Below are positions 46,171-57,535 of a stretch of 64,000 bases of DNA, piece by piece. The notes below the pieces were generated by a model that ran no database searches, was not told the origin of the DNA, and worked only from the letters and a program-made list of their open reading frames with translations. Origin of the DNA: Minutocellus sp. GHC0000111 (Eukaryota); contig OZ361256.1 in NCBI GenBank assembly GCA_977018835.1, positions 682,001 to 746,000 of the forward strand, read 5' to 3'. Positions within the stretch are counted from its first letter, which is position 1. Each line of letters starts with the position of its first letter. Both the position numbers and the translations under genes were made by a program.

Positions 46171-49100
46171 CCTTTCGAGTTCAGAGGATTTGAAAGTGAC
46201 GTGATGATGACGTATTAGAAACACGACCACACCAGACCAAAAATCCAAGCTCACTTTTTCTAACTCCGAGGAATAAATGACGGCCAAGATGGAAGTCGGG
46301 GCAAGAACCAAGTTATGGTCACCAACTTCTACATATAGTCGAGAGATATTGTGCACCAGAACCAATAAATGTACATTATGTGATGATTTTTTTCGACATT
46401 TGCATTCCTCACCCCGGGAAAAAATACATTTTTGGAAGCACCAAATCAAAATGTAATGAATAGAAATGGACATGCTATGATAAGTTATAGCAAATCAATG
46501 ACTGACTCCATCGTCTTCATCATTTTCATCTATGTCGTCCTCAATGTCATCATCTTCGCCGGGAGCATCAATTGGCCAGAGTGGTTCACCATCCTCTTCA
46601 GCTTCTTCCTCGGCAATTTTTGCGAGACCACCAGCCTTTCCCCGTCTGGTCTCCACAAGATTGTTACCGCCACGACTTCTCTTGATGTTGTTACACATCA
46701 CTGGAAGTTTTCCAAACACATTGAGAAAGGCCTCTTTTGATGCGACATTGGCCCATGCTTTCATCACAGTCTTGTCAAGAGCATTCGCATCATTCTTCTG
46801 ACCGCGATGCTCCTTTTCGACGGCCGACTGCAAAGACACATCCAGATGCCGAGATCAAGAACATTTGTCTCGGGCGACCGAGGAACCTGCTGGATTATCT
46901 CAATCTTATATTGGTTTTTGAGGTCCTCGGTGCACTTCTCAACTGCTTCATTGGACCCATGACCGCCGGCATTGTCCATCATAAGATATAATGTAACATC
47001 AGACTCCTGAACATTTTGTGGATCCCACTTCACCCAATGATGTGCGTCTCGAATCGCCTTCCCGACCTCATTCATAGTCTCCAACATCCATTTGGAGTCG
47101 CAGCTACAGTCCTTGGTAACCTTATCGCCCCGTTGATGCCGCACCCCGAGCTCAAGGTCGTCGATCTCAACCTTCACCTTCTCTCCATTGCTATCAGGAG
47201 TGTGTCGCTTGAGACTCGAGATCTTTTGATTGTAGCCAACAGCGGCATGCTTGCGACTTTTTGCCTGACCGTCGGATTTATGGTCCTCGTGTTGAAGTTC
47301 CAATCGCTCTGTAACAAACTCAGAAAGGCCGTAGATTTCGGCAATGTGGTCGCAAAGATGGCCGGCGGTCATGTCAGCATTCTCGTCGTAAATGTCGCGC
47401 CAATCTTTGTCATTTTTTAGCGCATCGTTGACCTCAGCATCTGGAGAGAAATTCTGATTACGCGCAAGCTTTTCCACCTTCTGCTCCCTGGCGACTCTCT
47501 TGATCATGATGCGCCCATTGAAATCAACGTCTTTGGTTTCATCCTTCATTGGTCGGCCAACAACTACTCCAAGACACACAACTTTGACAGGGTGTCTTCT
47601 GGATCGAATTTTCGGGCTTGCCTCGGAAGCATGGATAGACGCGAGGTTCGGACTGCTTAGTTCTTCGTCAGAAAGTGGCAACATCTTGATCTTTCGTCGC
47701 CGAGCAGCAGTGTAAAACCACTTTTCATCAAGATACGCTACAGGAATGTTGGGATCGGTCGTAATGTCCTCCCACTTTTCGATCCAATCAAGTCGCTTCC
47801 TACAATGTTCGGGGGTGAGCCTCGGCTTCTCGATCGACGACTTCTCCTTGCCGCCTTGCTTTTTCCACCAGCGAAAAAGCTGAAGACGATGGAGACTAAT
47901 TGTCAGCCTGTCTTCATCTGGAGTAGCTGATTTTGCGCTCACACAGTCAGCTAGCTCCTTAAAGGTTGCCATCGCACCCTTCATCCGAGCAGCATGCCGA
48001 CACAGCTCGCGGAGACATCCTGGCTCCTTCTCCTCGATCATGTCCGTGCATGCCTTCCTTCCACGAACCTCCTTTCTGCCGATGGGATTGCTGATGCCAT
48101 CAGTAAGGCTTTTGTAGAGCTGGTCTCTCCACTTGTAAAGCTGAGAACCACCGGTTGACTTGGCATAACCGTGATCGTGCGCAACTTGCCGACACGCGGC
48201 AGTTGCAATTTGTTGCCGGTCTTCATGCGTGCGAGTTGGGTCGCCGCATCCCCACCAATCCACGAGAGCCACGGCGCTGAACCGCATTCTTTCATTCGCC
48301 TGCTTTTCTTTTCTGATTGGTGTTGGTTCGGTGACGGTTGCATTGGGACGAGGAGGACGGAGCATGTCATCGTTGGCCATCCGAACAACAAAGTCGAGGC
48401 CGAGAGCGACCTTTACCTGTTCATCAATGTCACTGGAGGTGGCACAGACAACGGAAGCATCGGCTCCTCCTAAACCTTCATCATTGGGGGAGGCTGCAGC
48501 TGCTTCAGTGGCGGAAGTATCACCAGTTCCCTTCAGTATGCTGAGGAGACTTGCTGGCATCCAACCCAGTTTCTTGGCCTCGTCGACTAGTGATTTTGCT
48601 CTTGCTTCGCAATGCGCTGACTGCACCTCCTTTCTGTGAGCTGACAACCTCTCACCTAGCTTAGTAGCTAAGACAGTCGAGCGCCCAGAGAACAGAACTT
48701 CATCGGGATTTCTTTTCTCGTGCACCTTCTGTCCCTCCGGTCCAGAGAATTTCAGGTGGTTGTCCTCCTTCTTTTTTACGCAACCTGTGAGCACAAACAA
48801 CATAAAGCGCCCTGCGTCTTGTCTTCCCTCTCAGCCGATGCGTCGACAAGTGCAACTTCAAACTACAATGCTCCTTGAGATGTTGCTGCATATCCTTCCA
48901 TTTTTCCTCGTTGTACTGTAGCTCATACTTTCCTCCACCGACGGACTTGGAACGCAACAAGTCGGCCTCGATGAAAGCAGGGAGGACGTCTTCCCATTTC
49001 TGCCGAGAACCAACACAAATGTCATCTTTGCCGCAGGAGTCGGGGGTTTCTCTCCACCACAGATCCTTACCAGCCCTTCGAATGACATCTGCTGCAAGGA

Positions 49101-49636
49101 GAAAGGCCATGGGGATAGGAGGAGGGGCCGTCCTCTTCTTCGCCGACGACGGTGACGGTTTGGCGGGGGGGGCGAATTTGACCCGTGGCCGCCGCTTCTT
49201 CGACGTGTTTGCGCTCGGAGATGGTGTTTTCGGCTCAGCTGCCGCCTTTGCCGCCTTCCTGGATGCCTTGGTGTTGCCTCTCTTGCTCCCTGAGAACGAA
49301 GTTCTGCTGCGTTTGTATTTTTTGGGCGTGGTCTGGTTGGTCGTCGTCATCGTCACAAAATTTGCGGGTTGCGGTGAGGGTGTGCGGGGGACCAAAAAAT
49401 ATATGTGTTCCTGCCAGAATCTACTGGACCTGCGAATTCAGTGGATACTAATGGTCGGTGGCAACCTACTGAATGAGCAGGTCCAGTAGACATCCACGAG
49501 TTGAGGAGTATTTGCGTTCCTCCCGAAGAGAACATCGACTAACAAAACACGTGGTGGGAAATGAGAAATGGGTGCAAGAATGACCTTTTTTAGGGGTTAT
49601 TGGTATACCCTCTACAAATCCTCTGAAACCGAAAGG
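46171..49636 (-). mobile_element. Tc1/mariner superfamily DD39D DNA transposon, 3466 bp, 22-bp TIRs, TA target duplication
   Basis: Left TIR CCTTTCGAGTTCAGAGGATTTG (46171-46192) matches the reverse complement of 49615-49636, CCTTTCGGTTTCAGAGGATTTG, at 20/22. TA at 46169-46170 and 49637-49638. Confidence 0.93.
46495..49350 (-). pseudogene. DD39D transposase pseudogene (frameshifts near 48800 and 46830)
   Basis: KPRLTPEH..KRL.W, YLDEKWFY, MMDNAGGHG, QVPRSPETNVLDLGIW; 39 residues between the 2nd and 3rd Asp. Confidence 0.9.
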
Positions 49637-49776
49637 TACATGTAGGCCGGTGGGCGGTGACGGTACCAGTCCACCTTCGGCGCATCTCTCTCGCCGCTCT
49701 ACCACCCCCCAGGCGGTCGACCCATTCTGAAAAGCAGCCTTTGTCCGAGGGGTTGGTGTTCTGTCACGACGTGAAA

Positions 49777-51046
49777 ATGGTGCGTATCTTGTGAGCCGCA
49801 GGCAACAACGCAATCCCCGTCTGACCGTTCGTCCGGCCTGCTTCTGGTTGCTTCCCCAGACCACTCAACTCACATCCTCTCCTTCATTATTGTTGTTTCT
49901 CATCTTTCAATCTTATTGCAGTCCTTCTTTGGCTTCGGTGGTGGTGGAATCAAGGTGGAACTCGAGCTCGATGATCATCCGGAGCGTGCGGGCATCGTCG
50001 CTCTCGACCATCCCCCGACCTGGAAGGTGAGGAAGAACGTCTTCACCAGCCTCAAATATCCCCCGGGCAAGCAAGGTCTGTCCAATCCCTCCCTCGCTGG
50101 CAATCCAGCAGCCGCCGATGTTGCATCGGCCACGGCCCTGACCAACGCCAGCGGCGGTCATCACAGCACGTACGCGTACGAGGCATCCGAGGACGTCGAG
50201 GGCAAGGTCATCCTCTTCCTCCCGCAGGGCAAAAAGGCCGATCACTTGGGCATCAAGGTCCAGTTCTTCGGCCGGATCGACATGGGGATGGCCATCCACG
50301 AGGGTCGGCCGCACTACGACTTCATCTCTCTATCCAAGGAGCTCGTCCCTCCCGGAACGTTGTACCAGCCTAAGACGGTCATTCCTTTCCACTTCCGCAA
50401 TGTAGAAAAGGAATTCGAATCCTACCGCGGTCGGAACGTGTCGGTCCGGTACTTCGTCCGGGTCGTTGTGGAGAGGAAGTTCCTCCCACCCCTTCACAAG
50501 GAGCACGAGGTCTTCGTTCAGATCATCGGCAAGGAACCCGAGGTGGACGAATCGATCAAGATGGAGGTCGGCATAGAGGACTGCCTCCACATCGAGTTCG
50601 AATACGAACGCCGATGCTACCATCTCACCGACGTCATCCTGGGCAAGATCAACTTCCTCCTGGTTAGGATCAAAATCAAGCACATGGAGCTGGCGGTCAT
50701 ACGGAGAGAAACGTCCGGGGAGGGCGTGGCGACCACGTCGATCGCTCCTCCTGGGTCGGCCCAGCCGGCACCGGCCATCCAAGGGGGGAACGCCGATGCC
50801 AACATCCTCACCGAGACGCAGACTTTGACCAAGTACGAGATTATGGACGGAGCACCTGTGAAGGGAGAGCAAATTCCCGTACGATTATATTTGAAGGGAA
50901 TACCAGCCGATTTGACACCGACGTATGATGCCGTAAACAATCGGTTCTCGGTCCGGTATTTTCTCAACTTGGTCCTGGTGGACGAAGAAGATCGACGATA
51001 TTTCAAGCAGCAAGAGATTATCTTGTGGAGAAAGGAGATCAGTTAA
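49777..51046 (+). CDS. VPS26: Retromer subunit VPS26; first coding exon is ATG only, intron 49780-49921
   Basis: [66 protein letters not shown]. Confidence 0.93.
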
Positions 51047-52129
51047 GACTATGCGTGCCATGTAAGTTGTATCTGCTTTTGGAGGAGGAATGATATTTGT
51101 TGACTTTGCTTTGTATCGGCTGCGTGTGCATTCTCTTTTCAAGAAATTTGGCAAGGAAGATATATTGTTTTCGCGAGCTCTTGGTGATGCTTGAGCAGTG
51201 TGTATCGAATTCAACCTCAAAAAGATTAATAATTTCTGATTCATCATTTATTGGAAAGACACGCCGATTGAGACTACACGAAAGACGCGAAGCGTTCTAA
51301 CTTGTGATGTAGGGGCTTCTCATCCTTTGCCTCTACTGTCATGATCTTGAACGCAAGATAAAGTTGGAGGAGATTTTTCGTTAGCGGAGCTTACTGTTTC
51401 CCATGTATTCCGTCGCTAGTAGACTCCCCCACATGTTTTGCTATTTTTCGTCTATGCACTTGGTATCTAACTCTCCTCGTTATTCACTTTACCGTTCTGT
51501 GCGTGTAGGAAGGTGGTTTGCTCGTCTGCAATTTTTACTCCATTCTCGGAATTGAAGAATGATTACAGGTGAGCACTTGTAAGCGTTTGGTTGAATGCAG
51601 TGAACGTCCAGGGGGAAAGCATCCTTATTCGGATCGATGCCGCGTACGTCATGTATGCACCTACCCACGCACGAGAATCCTTCATGCGGATGCGAGAGTA
51701 ACGCTGACGGAGATTTTTGTCAATGTCAGCAAGGACCGAGATTATTAGCGGAGTGGCCCTGTCTTTTATGGACACATGTGCGGCTCGAGATGCGATGACA
51801 CTACACACTATGTACGTGCCTGTGGCATCCTCTCTTGTTTGCACCCCACGGCCTCCTCGTCAGTCCTCAACCCTAAATTTTTTCATCCACTAACATGCCC
51901 CCTTCCAATTGCCCCTCTTTTTCATACGAATTTCATATATAGATTTGATATGGCATTTCCTTCAGATGTTGATGTTTTACGATAGATATTCATAGATACA
52001 TATTCATATGCGATGTTCTTTTAAATTAGTTTTTGATTCATGCTTTAATTAATTAATGTAGCAAAGCTTCCGCAGGAAAGACATTCTGATTCTCCGTACT
52101 GAATCTAATCTGACTGTGTATGAACAAGT

Positions 52130-52573
52130 TTAGAGATTGTCGAGGTAGGTCTTGGCAGGTTGGTTCCCTCTGTTTGGATCCTCTCTCCTCCGCCTCTCAA
52201 GATCGGCCTTCATGTTCTCCTTCAGCTGCTCTCGGAACTCGGCCGTGTCCAAGCTTGCGTCGGGTGCGTACTTGCTGAAACGATTTCCACGCAGTGTGCC
52301 TCCTCCTTCGCTGGTACCAGCTGATGCTGCCGCACCGTCGGCGGGGTCACTGGGAGCAGAGTTTCCGTCAGTATTGCTGTCACCGCCGCTAGCTCCCGAC
52401 GGCGGACCGTACGGCAAGTCTCCAACAAACAGAGCAGTGTTGCTACCACCTTGGACCAAGAGTGTGGCCGTCTTGCTATCGACCCTCATTCTTGACTGGT
52501 GCTGGTTTTGCACAAACCCTTCTGCCGCGGCTGCAAGCGCAGTGAGCAACGCAAAGTAAGGTGTTGGCTTCAT
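52130..52573 (-). CDS. Small plastid-targeted hypothetical protein
   Basis: Signal peptide followed by AEGF|V; helical C-terminus NRFSKYAPD...KADLERRRREDPNRGNQPAKTYLDNL. Confidence 0.75.
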   Translation of the reverse strand: MKPTPYFALLTALAAAAEGFVQNQHQSRMRVDSKTATLLVQGGSNTALFVGDLPYGPPSGASGGDSNTDGNSAPSDPADGAAASAGTSEGGGTLRGNRFSKYAPDASLDTAEFREQLKENMKADLERRRREDPNRGNQPAKTYLDNL

Positions 52574-52767
52574 TGTTAAATGCAGGTCAAGTGTACGGGA
52601 ACGTTGTCAAATCGTCGGCAGACAGTCGGGCACCTATGCCGATGCTGCCTGACTTCATCGTGCCTTCAGCCTTTCGCAGTCAGGAAAAGAGCCTCGGTCA
52701 AACACGTCATACCGAAAGAAATCGAATCCAGGAGCAATTTCATTTCGCAATCGTTCTGGCAGCAACC

Positions 52768-54606
52768 ATGAGCACGTCCGTCTCTCGGGCCCTCTACCGA
52801 TCCCTCCTCCGCTCATCGCGGATATACGGCCAAAGTCCCGCCCTTTGCTCTCTCCTCCACCGTACAGGACGAGCCGATGGCTGGGATCCAGCCACGGACG
52901 GTCCCTACCGTGGTGGTGCTCCTGATGCCTCCGCCACAGTCGGTCGAAGAGGAGGCAATCCCACCATCCCAGACGAAGAGCTGCAGTCCGTTCATCTGCC
53001 ACCTGATTCGGCGCGCGACCTATCTCGTGGATACGATGACCTGCGAAGGAGTTACTACCACCATAGCAAAGCCGCTGAACGAGGACGCCAGCTCGGGGCT
53101 GCTGAATTGGCAGAGGCGGACGATGTCGTGGTGGAAGGCGCGGCAGCGTCGGACGATGGGTCCATACGGATCAGCATCGTACGGGGAGATGGTTTGGATG
53201 AAATAGAGGAATTCAATCTTCATGATCTTGAAGATGGATCTAGTTAAAACAGCACGAGCAACCGGAGGCCCTCGCATGAGGTGCTATTTCGCAAATTGCT
53301 TCAAGATCTTGTTGGGGGTGGGGACACTCAGATGCGCTTCCCATCGCATATTGTTGCCAATGATGATGCGCACAGGTTGGAGGAGATGATTCGGAGAGAG
53401 TTTCGCGCTCCGTCATTGGGCCAATGGAATGCTGGTGCAAGTGAGGAAACAGTAGCAGCTCAACAGCCGACGGAGGTTTCGGCTTACTTTACCGATACAT
53501 CCCGAAGAGAAGCGGCATTCCTTGCGCTTCGAGAGCTCAACAAAAAGTTGATTTGGGCTGAATCGATGGGAATGAGACTGGGTCAAAACCGAAAGGAAAT
53601 GGATGCATTAAAGGCAAAACGACGATATCGACAACAAGCGGCCAAGAATGTTAAAATTTTGTCCAAGTATTCCCCATCGACGTATTTGAGGGCTGGTACA
53701 TTCCTTGTTGCACATCCACTGCTATCGGGCTATTTTGCCAATACCGTCATTGCAATACTTGATCACACGGAACCTCACGTTGCCACCAAGAAGGATACAG
53801 ACGATGGAGTTAGTGACGATGGCTTATTGGAGGGTGACCAATGTCCCAGCGGCGGTGGCACTTACGGGGTTATTGTCAATCGTTTGTCATTTTCTTCCAT
53901 TCCGAATGAAGCCGGGAGTCCACGTCCTCGCGCCCTCAGAGAGGTTCTAAGGCCAGACTGCATCCCACCCATCCTCCGCCGAGCATTTGGCGATTCGATC
54001 GTTAGAGAAGGAGGTCCAGTCAATGTCTCCGTCCAAATGATGCACACGGCTAGTCCAGAATTAGAGGAAGAGCTAAAACTTGGTGGCATGGTTTTGCCAA
54101 TGGTCCAATCAGACGATAGAGATGAACAAGTTGAGGAGATCTTATCGGCCGCTGCAGATTCAGATTCGGCTGTCTACTTCAATTCGGACTTGATCAAGGC
54201 GGCTCAATCGGTGATTGACGGGAAGATGGAGAGGGATGACTTTAGCTTCTTCGTCGGAGCCAGCGTCTGGACAGTTGGACAGCTGCAAAGGGAAATCGAA
54301 CAAGGGTTTTGGATTCCTATCCGTGGTCCGCCTCAAATGGCATATTCTGGCATGTGCGAACACCAAGATTTGGAGGAAGAGGAAGTTGAGGAAGATGACG
54401 CGGAGATCGATCATGCTTTCGGAGCTACAATACATGTAGATGAAGAGATGAGCCCAAAAAGGAAGAAGACAAAATCTCGACCAAAGCCTGACCTGTGGCT
54501 TTCGATGCTCAGTGCAGTTGGGGAGCATGAGGCTGAGTTGTCGGAACTGATGGGCCAGGAAGAAGTTGGAAAGGATCCAAATAGTAAGGCATGTGATTGG
54601 TGGTAA
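52768..54606 (+). CDS. DUF179 (AlgH/YqgE-like) protein with LYR-like N-terminus; in-frame TAA at 53245-53247
   Basis: SRALYRSLLR; GTFLVAHPLL..YF..TVI; GVIVNR; EGGPV; FFVGASVWTVGQLQREIEQGFW. The two ORFs share a frame across the stop. Confidence 0.75.
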
Positions 54607-54802
54607 GATTAGGCTTCTCGCTATTGCTCTACACCGTCGTACACAACCCCAACGCTGTGGAGCATAATTTGCAAATTATGCTGAACATGGGGCAAAAGCG
54701 GGGACTTGCTCACAGACACCCGGAAATTATTCAGCTCTTCCTCTTGACCATTCCAAGCAAGGGATCGACTGCCACTGCCAATACTGTATTCCAACCGGAG
54801 CC

Positions 54803-55957
54803 ATGTCGATGAATATATTCCGCCTGTGCGGCGACATGTCGCACGTCTTCAGCATCATCGTGCTGTTGCTGCGGCTTCGCGTTGCCAAGAATGCATCGGG
54901 TGAGTTGAGGGAGCGTATCCGGCGGCGATTTGTTTTGTGTTTGCGTTTCGCGTGTGTTTGTGTGCGTTTATCCTTGAGCGGACGGCTGTCGGAGGACTGG
55001 CCCACAGCACCACATGCTGAAGATGAGATGTGCTTCTCTCGGTGGCGGCGCGAGGTATTGGTATGGGCATCGATCTTCCCTGCGGCGGCAGAGAAGCCCA
55101 TGCCTCAGTTATCGGCATGAACGTTGATTTTCGGCCATGAATTTTCTTATTGGAAAACATAATTTTCGTATTCTACAAAACCGAATAAGCTTATTCGTTT
55201 CGCACTTGTTTCGTCGTCCATTTCACCTTGTGATATGTGTTCTCTTTTGGTCGGCGCTGCTCTCTCCATGAACTGGTGGCTTTGAATTCATCTTTGCGCG
55301 GCCATAATCGGCGTTCGGGACCTTGGCCGTTGGTGATGCGAACGCGTGACTGATCTCGGCATGGCAGGTATCTCGGTCCGAACGCATGAGCTGTTCCTGG
55401 TGGTATTCGTAACGCGGTACCTCGACCTGTTCACGACGTTCTACTCGCTCTACAACTCCTGCATGAAGGTTCTGTACATTGCGACGACGGCGTCCATTAC
55501 TTACATGATCCGATTTAGTGAGCCAATTTGCTCGACGTACGACAAAGCGCAGGATACGTTTCTGCATTGGAAGTTCGCCGTGGCACCATGCGCCGGCATT
55601 GCTTTCATCGCCCACCTCATTGGAAGTGGCGTTAGCAGATTCGACCTCCTGGAGTTGCTTTGGACCTTTTCCATTTACTTGGAGTCTATTGCTATCCTTC
55701 CACAGCTCATTGTGCTGCAACGGTATCGGGAGGTGGAGAACTTGACTGGCAATTACATTGTCTTCATGGGAGCTTATCGGGCGTTCTACATTCTGAATTG
55801 GATCTACCGATCCTACCATGAGCCGATGTACCAGCATCACTTTGTTGTTTACTTCTGCGGTGTCCTTCAGACGGTACTCTACGCGGACTTTTTCTATTAT
55901 TACTTCAAGAGCAAGCAGAAGGGCGGCAAGTTTACTCTTCCCACCTCGCGCGGTTAG
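54803..55957 (+). CDS. ERD2: ER lumen protein-retaining (KDEL/HDEL) receptor; intron 54900-55367
   Basis: MNIFRLCGDMSH, GISVRTHELF..VFVTRYLDLF, WTFSIYLESIAILPQL, GAYRAFYILNWIYR, LYADFFYYY. Confidence 0.95.
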
Positions 55958-56393
55958 ATTTGAGTGAAACTGGAGAATTCTTTGCTCATGATGATGAGGT
56001 AGCAGCACACTTCTTCAAGGATGAAAAATGGGTTGTTAATTTTGTGGCGCGAGGCGAAATATGTCAATGCAAGTTGCGGTGCTGGTGCTGATCGTGGACC
56101 GGCCGGCTGGAGCTGGTGACCGATTCACGCAATAAGCAGGACGGTGGTGCAAGCTTGTCGTTTCACATGTATGTTGTCTCCCACACTTTTCTTGAATCGC
56201 AAATGGTGTCTTACTGCGAGCTTTCTACTGGTAGACTGCATGGTGTATGGCGCTTTAAATAGATAGGGATATCAATCATTTGTGAAATAAATGATCATCG
56301 CATACTGGACAAGCTAGAGCATCTACGTACATAGCTATTAGCAGTTCTGCAGGTTCTACAATGGTCACAATATATCGCATCGATATCGTCGCA

Positions 56394-57061
56394 TTATTTG
56401 CTCTTTGGGGCCATGCCCATCGACTCGGCTTGAATACGTTGTATCTCTCGCTTTTCTTCTTTGGTAAGGACTGCGCCGCTATCCATCTGAACTGCCGCCT
56501 TCATGCTTTGCTCATCCGTTGGAATTGTCTTGCCCATCTTCTTGCGATATCTCAAGATCCGATGCATCGTCTCCATCCCCTGGAACTGATCTGACAATGC
56601 TTTCAGGTCCTCTGGGTCGACGTCTGCCGCCACGCAGATTCGAAGCCTTTGGAGCTTGGTGAGGTCTCTCAACGTTTCCGCCGTGGCATCTGCCCCGATC
56701 TCCTTCTTAATGGCGTTCATCGTCTTTTGCATCTCCTTAATCTGCTGCACCTGCTTCATCCGGCTCATTCCTGGTATGTACTGCCTCCATCCCGATACGG
56801 CGGAGTCCATCTCTTCGGCAAACATACCCAACGTCCAAACCTCCGATTCCGACATTTTCTTTAGCTGGGCGGCATACTTTCCTTCTGCGCCTTATCGGAT
56901 GTGGGGTCGAACTTCTCCTTCAGTTGACCAAAGAATCCCGGACTCTGTGCTTCCGAGGAGAATGCCCTGGCGGAACTCATCCGGCCAAGCTGCTGCGACG
57001 TTACTGGGCGTCGAGATGAGCATGAAATAAGAGTGCGTCGAATGATTAGTGACGATGCCAT
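56394..57061 (-). CDS. Mitochondrion-targeted SRP54/Ffh M-domain-like protein; 1-nt frameshift near 56880
   Basis: Presequence ...RAFSS; WTLGMFAEEM...WRQYIPGM...RLRICVAADVDPEDL..L..QF..M resembles the Ffh M domain. Confidence 0.55.
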
Positions 57062-57535
57062 CTTTGGATGCGATGGTTTGGGGGGAACGAAGTGACGAAG
57101 AGACAGGCCAGACTTCGCATTCGTTTGCTCGTTGCTTCGGCGCGGCGGTTGGGCTTCATCACGCACGGTACGGCCGCCTCCAGGAATTTTGTGCCGAACG
57201 GCGCACAGACTGCCACGTGGCGATAGTGCGATGCGATGATGCGATGCGCATGCAGTGGCTGAAACAAAAGCAAGCAGGCGCTGCGGGCGCATGCTGCTTC
57301 ATCAGAGCAAGTGATCATAGATCTACAAACATGATGTAGATCTACGGCATCGGCACCGGTGCAAAGCAACGATCTTGAATATTAATACTATGGAAGGAAA
57401 TTCCTATTGCATTGATATTAATTTTATGCAGACATGTATGAAATTATTGTGGCCGTGCTATTGCTCAATAAAAAGAGGCCACCCCCGAAATAACAAATGT
57501 TTTCTGTGCTGCTGATGTCTGGCTTACTTATTGCT

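Noticed and set aside
51563..51985. Small ORFs downstream of VPS26
   Set aside because: No motifs or coding signal.
2702..53247. Alternative genetic code or selenocysteine explaining internal stops
   Set aside because: TGA and TAA end many intact genes here, the internal stops are not at Cys-like catalytic positions, and frameshifts co-occur.
10396..55957. Apparent cluster of trafficking genes (CTNS, VPS15, TRAPPC1, VPS26, ERD2)
   Set aside because: Spread over 45 kb among unrelated genes; chance in a gene-dense genome is sufficient.
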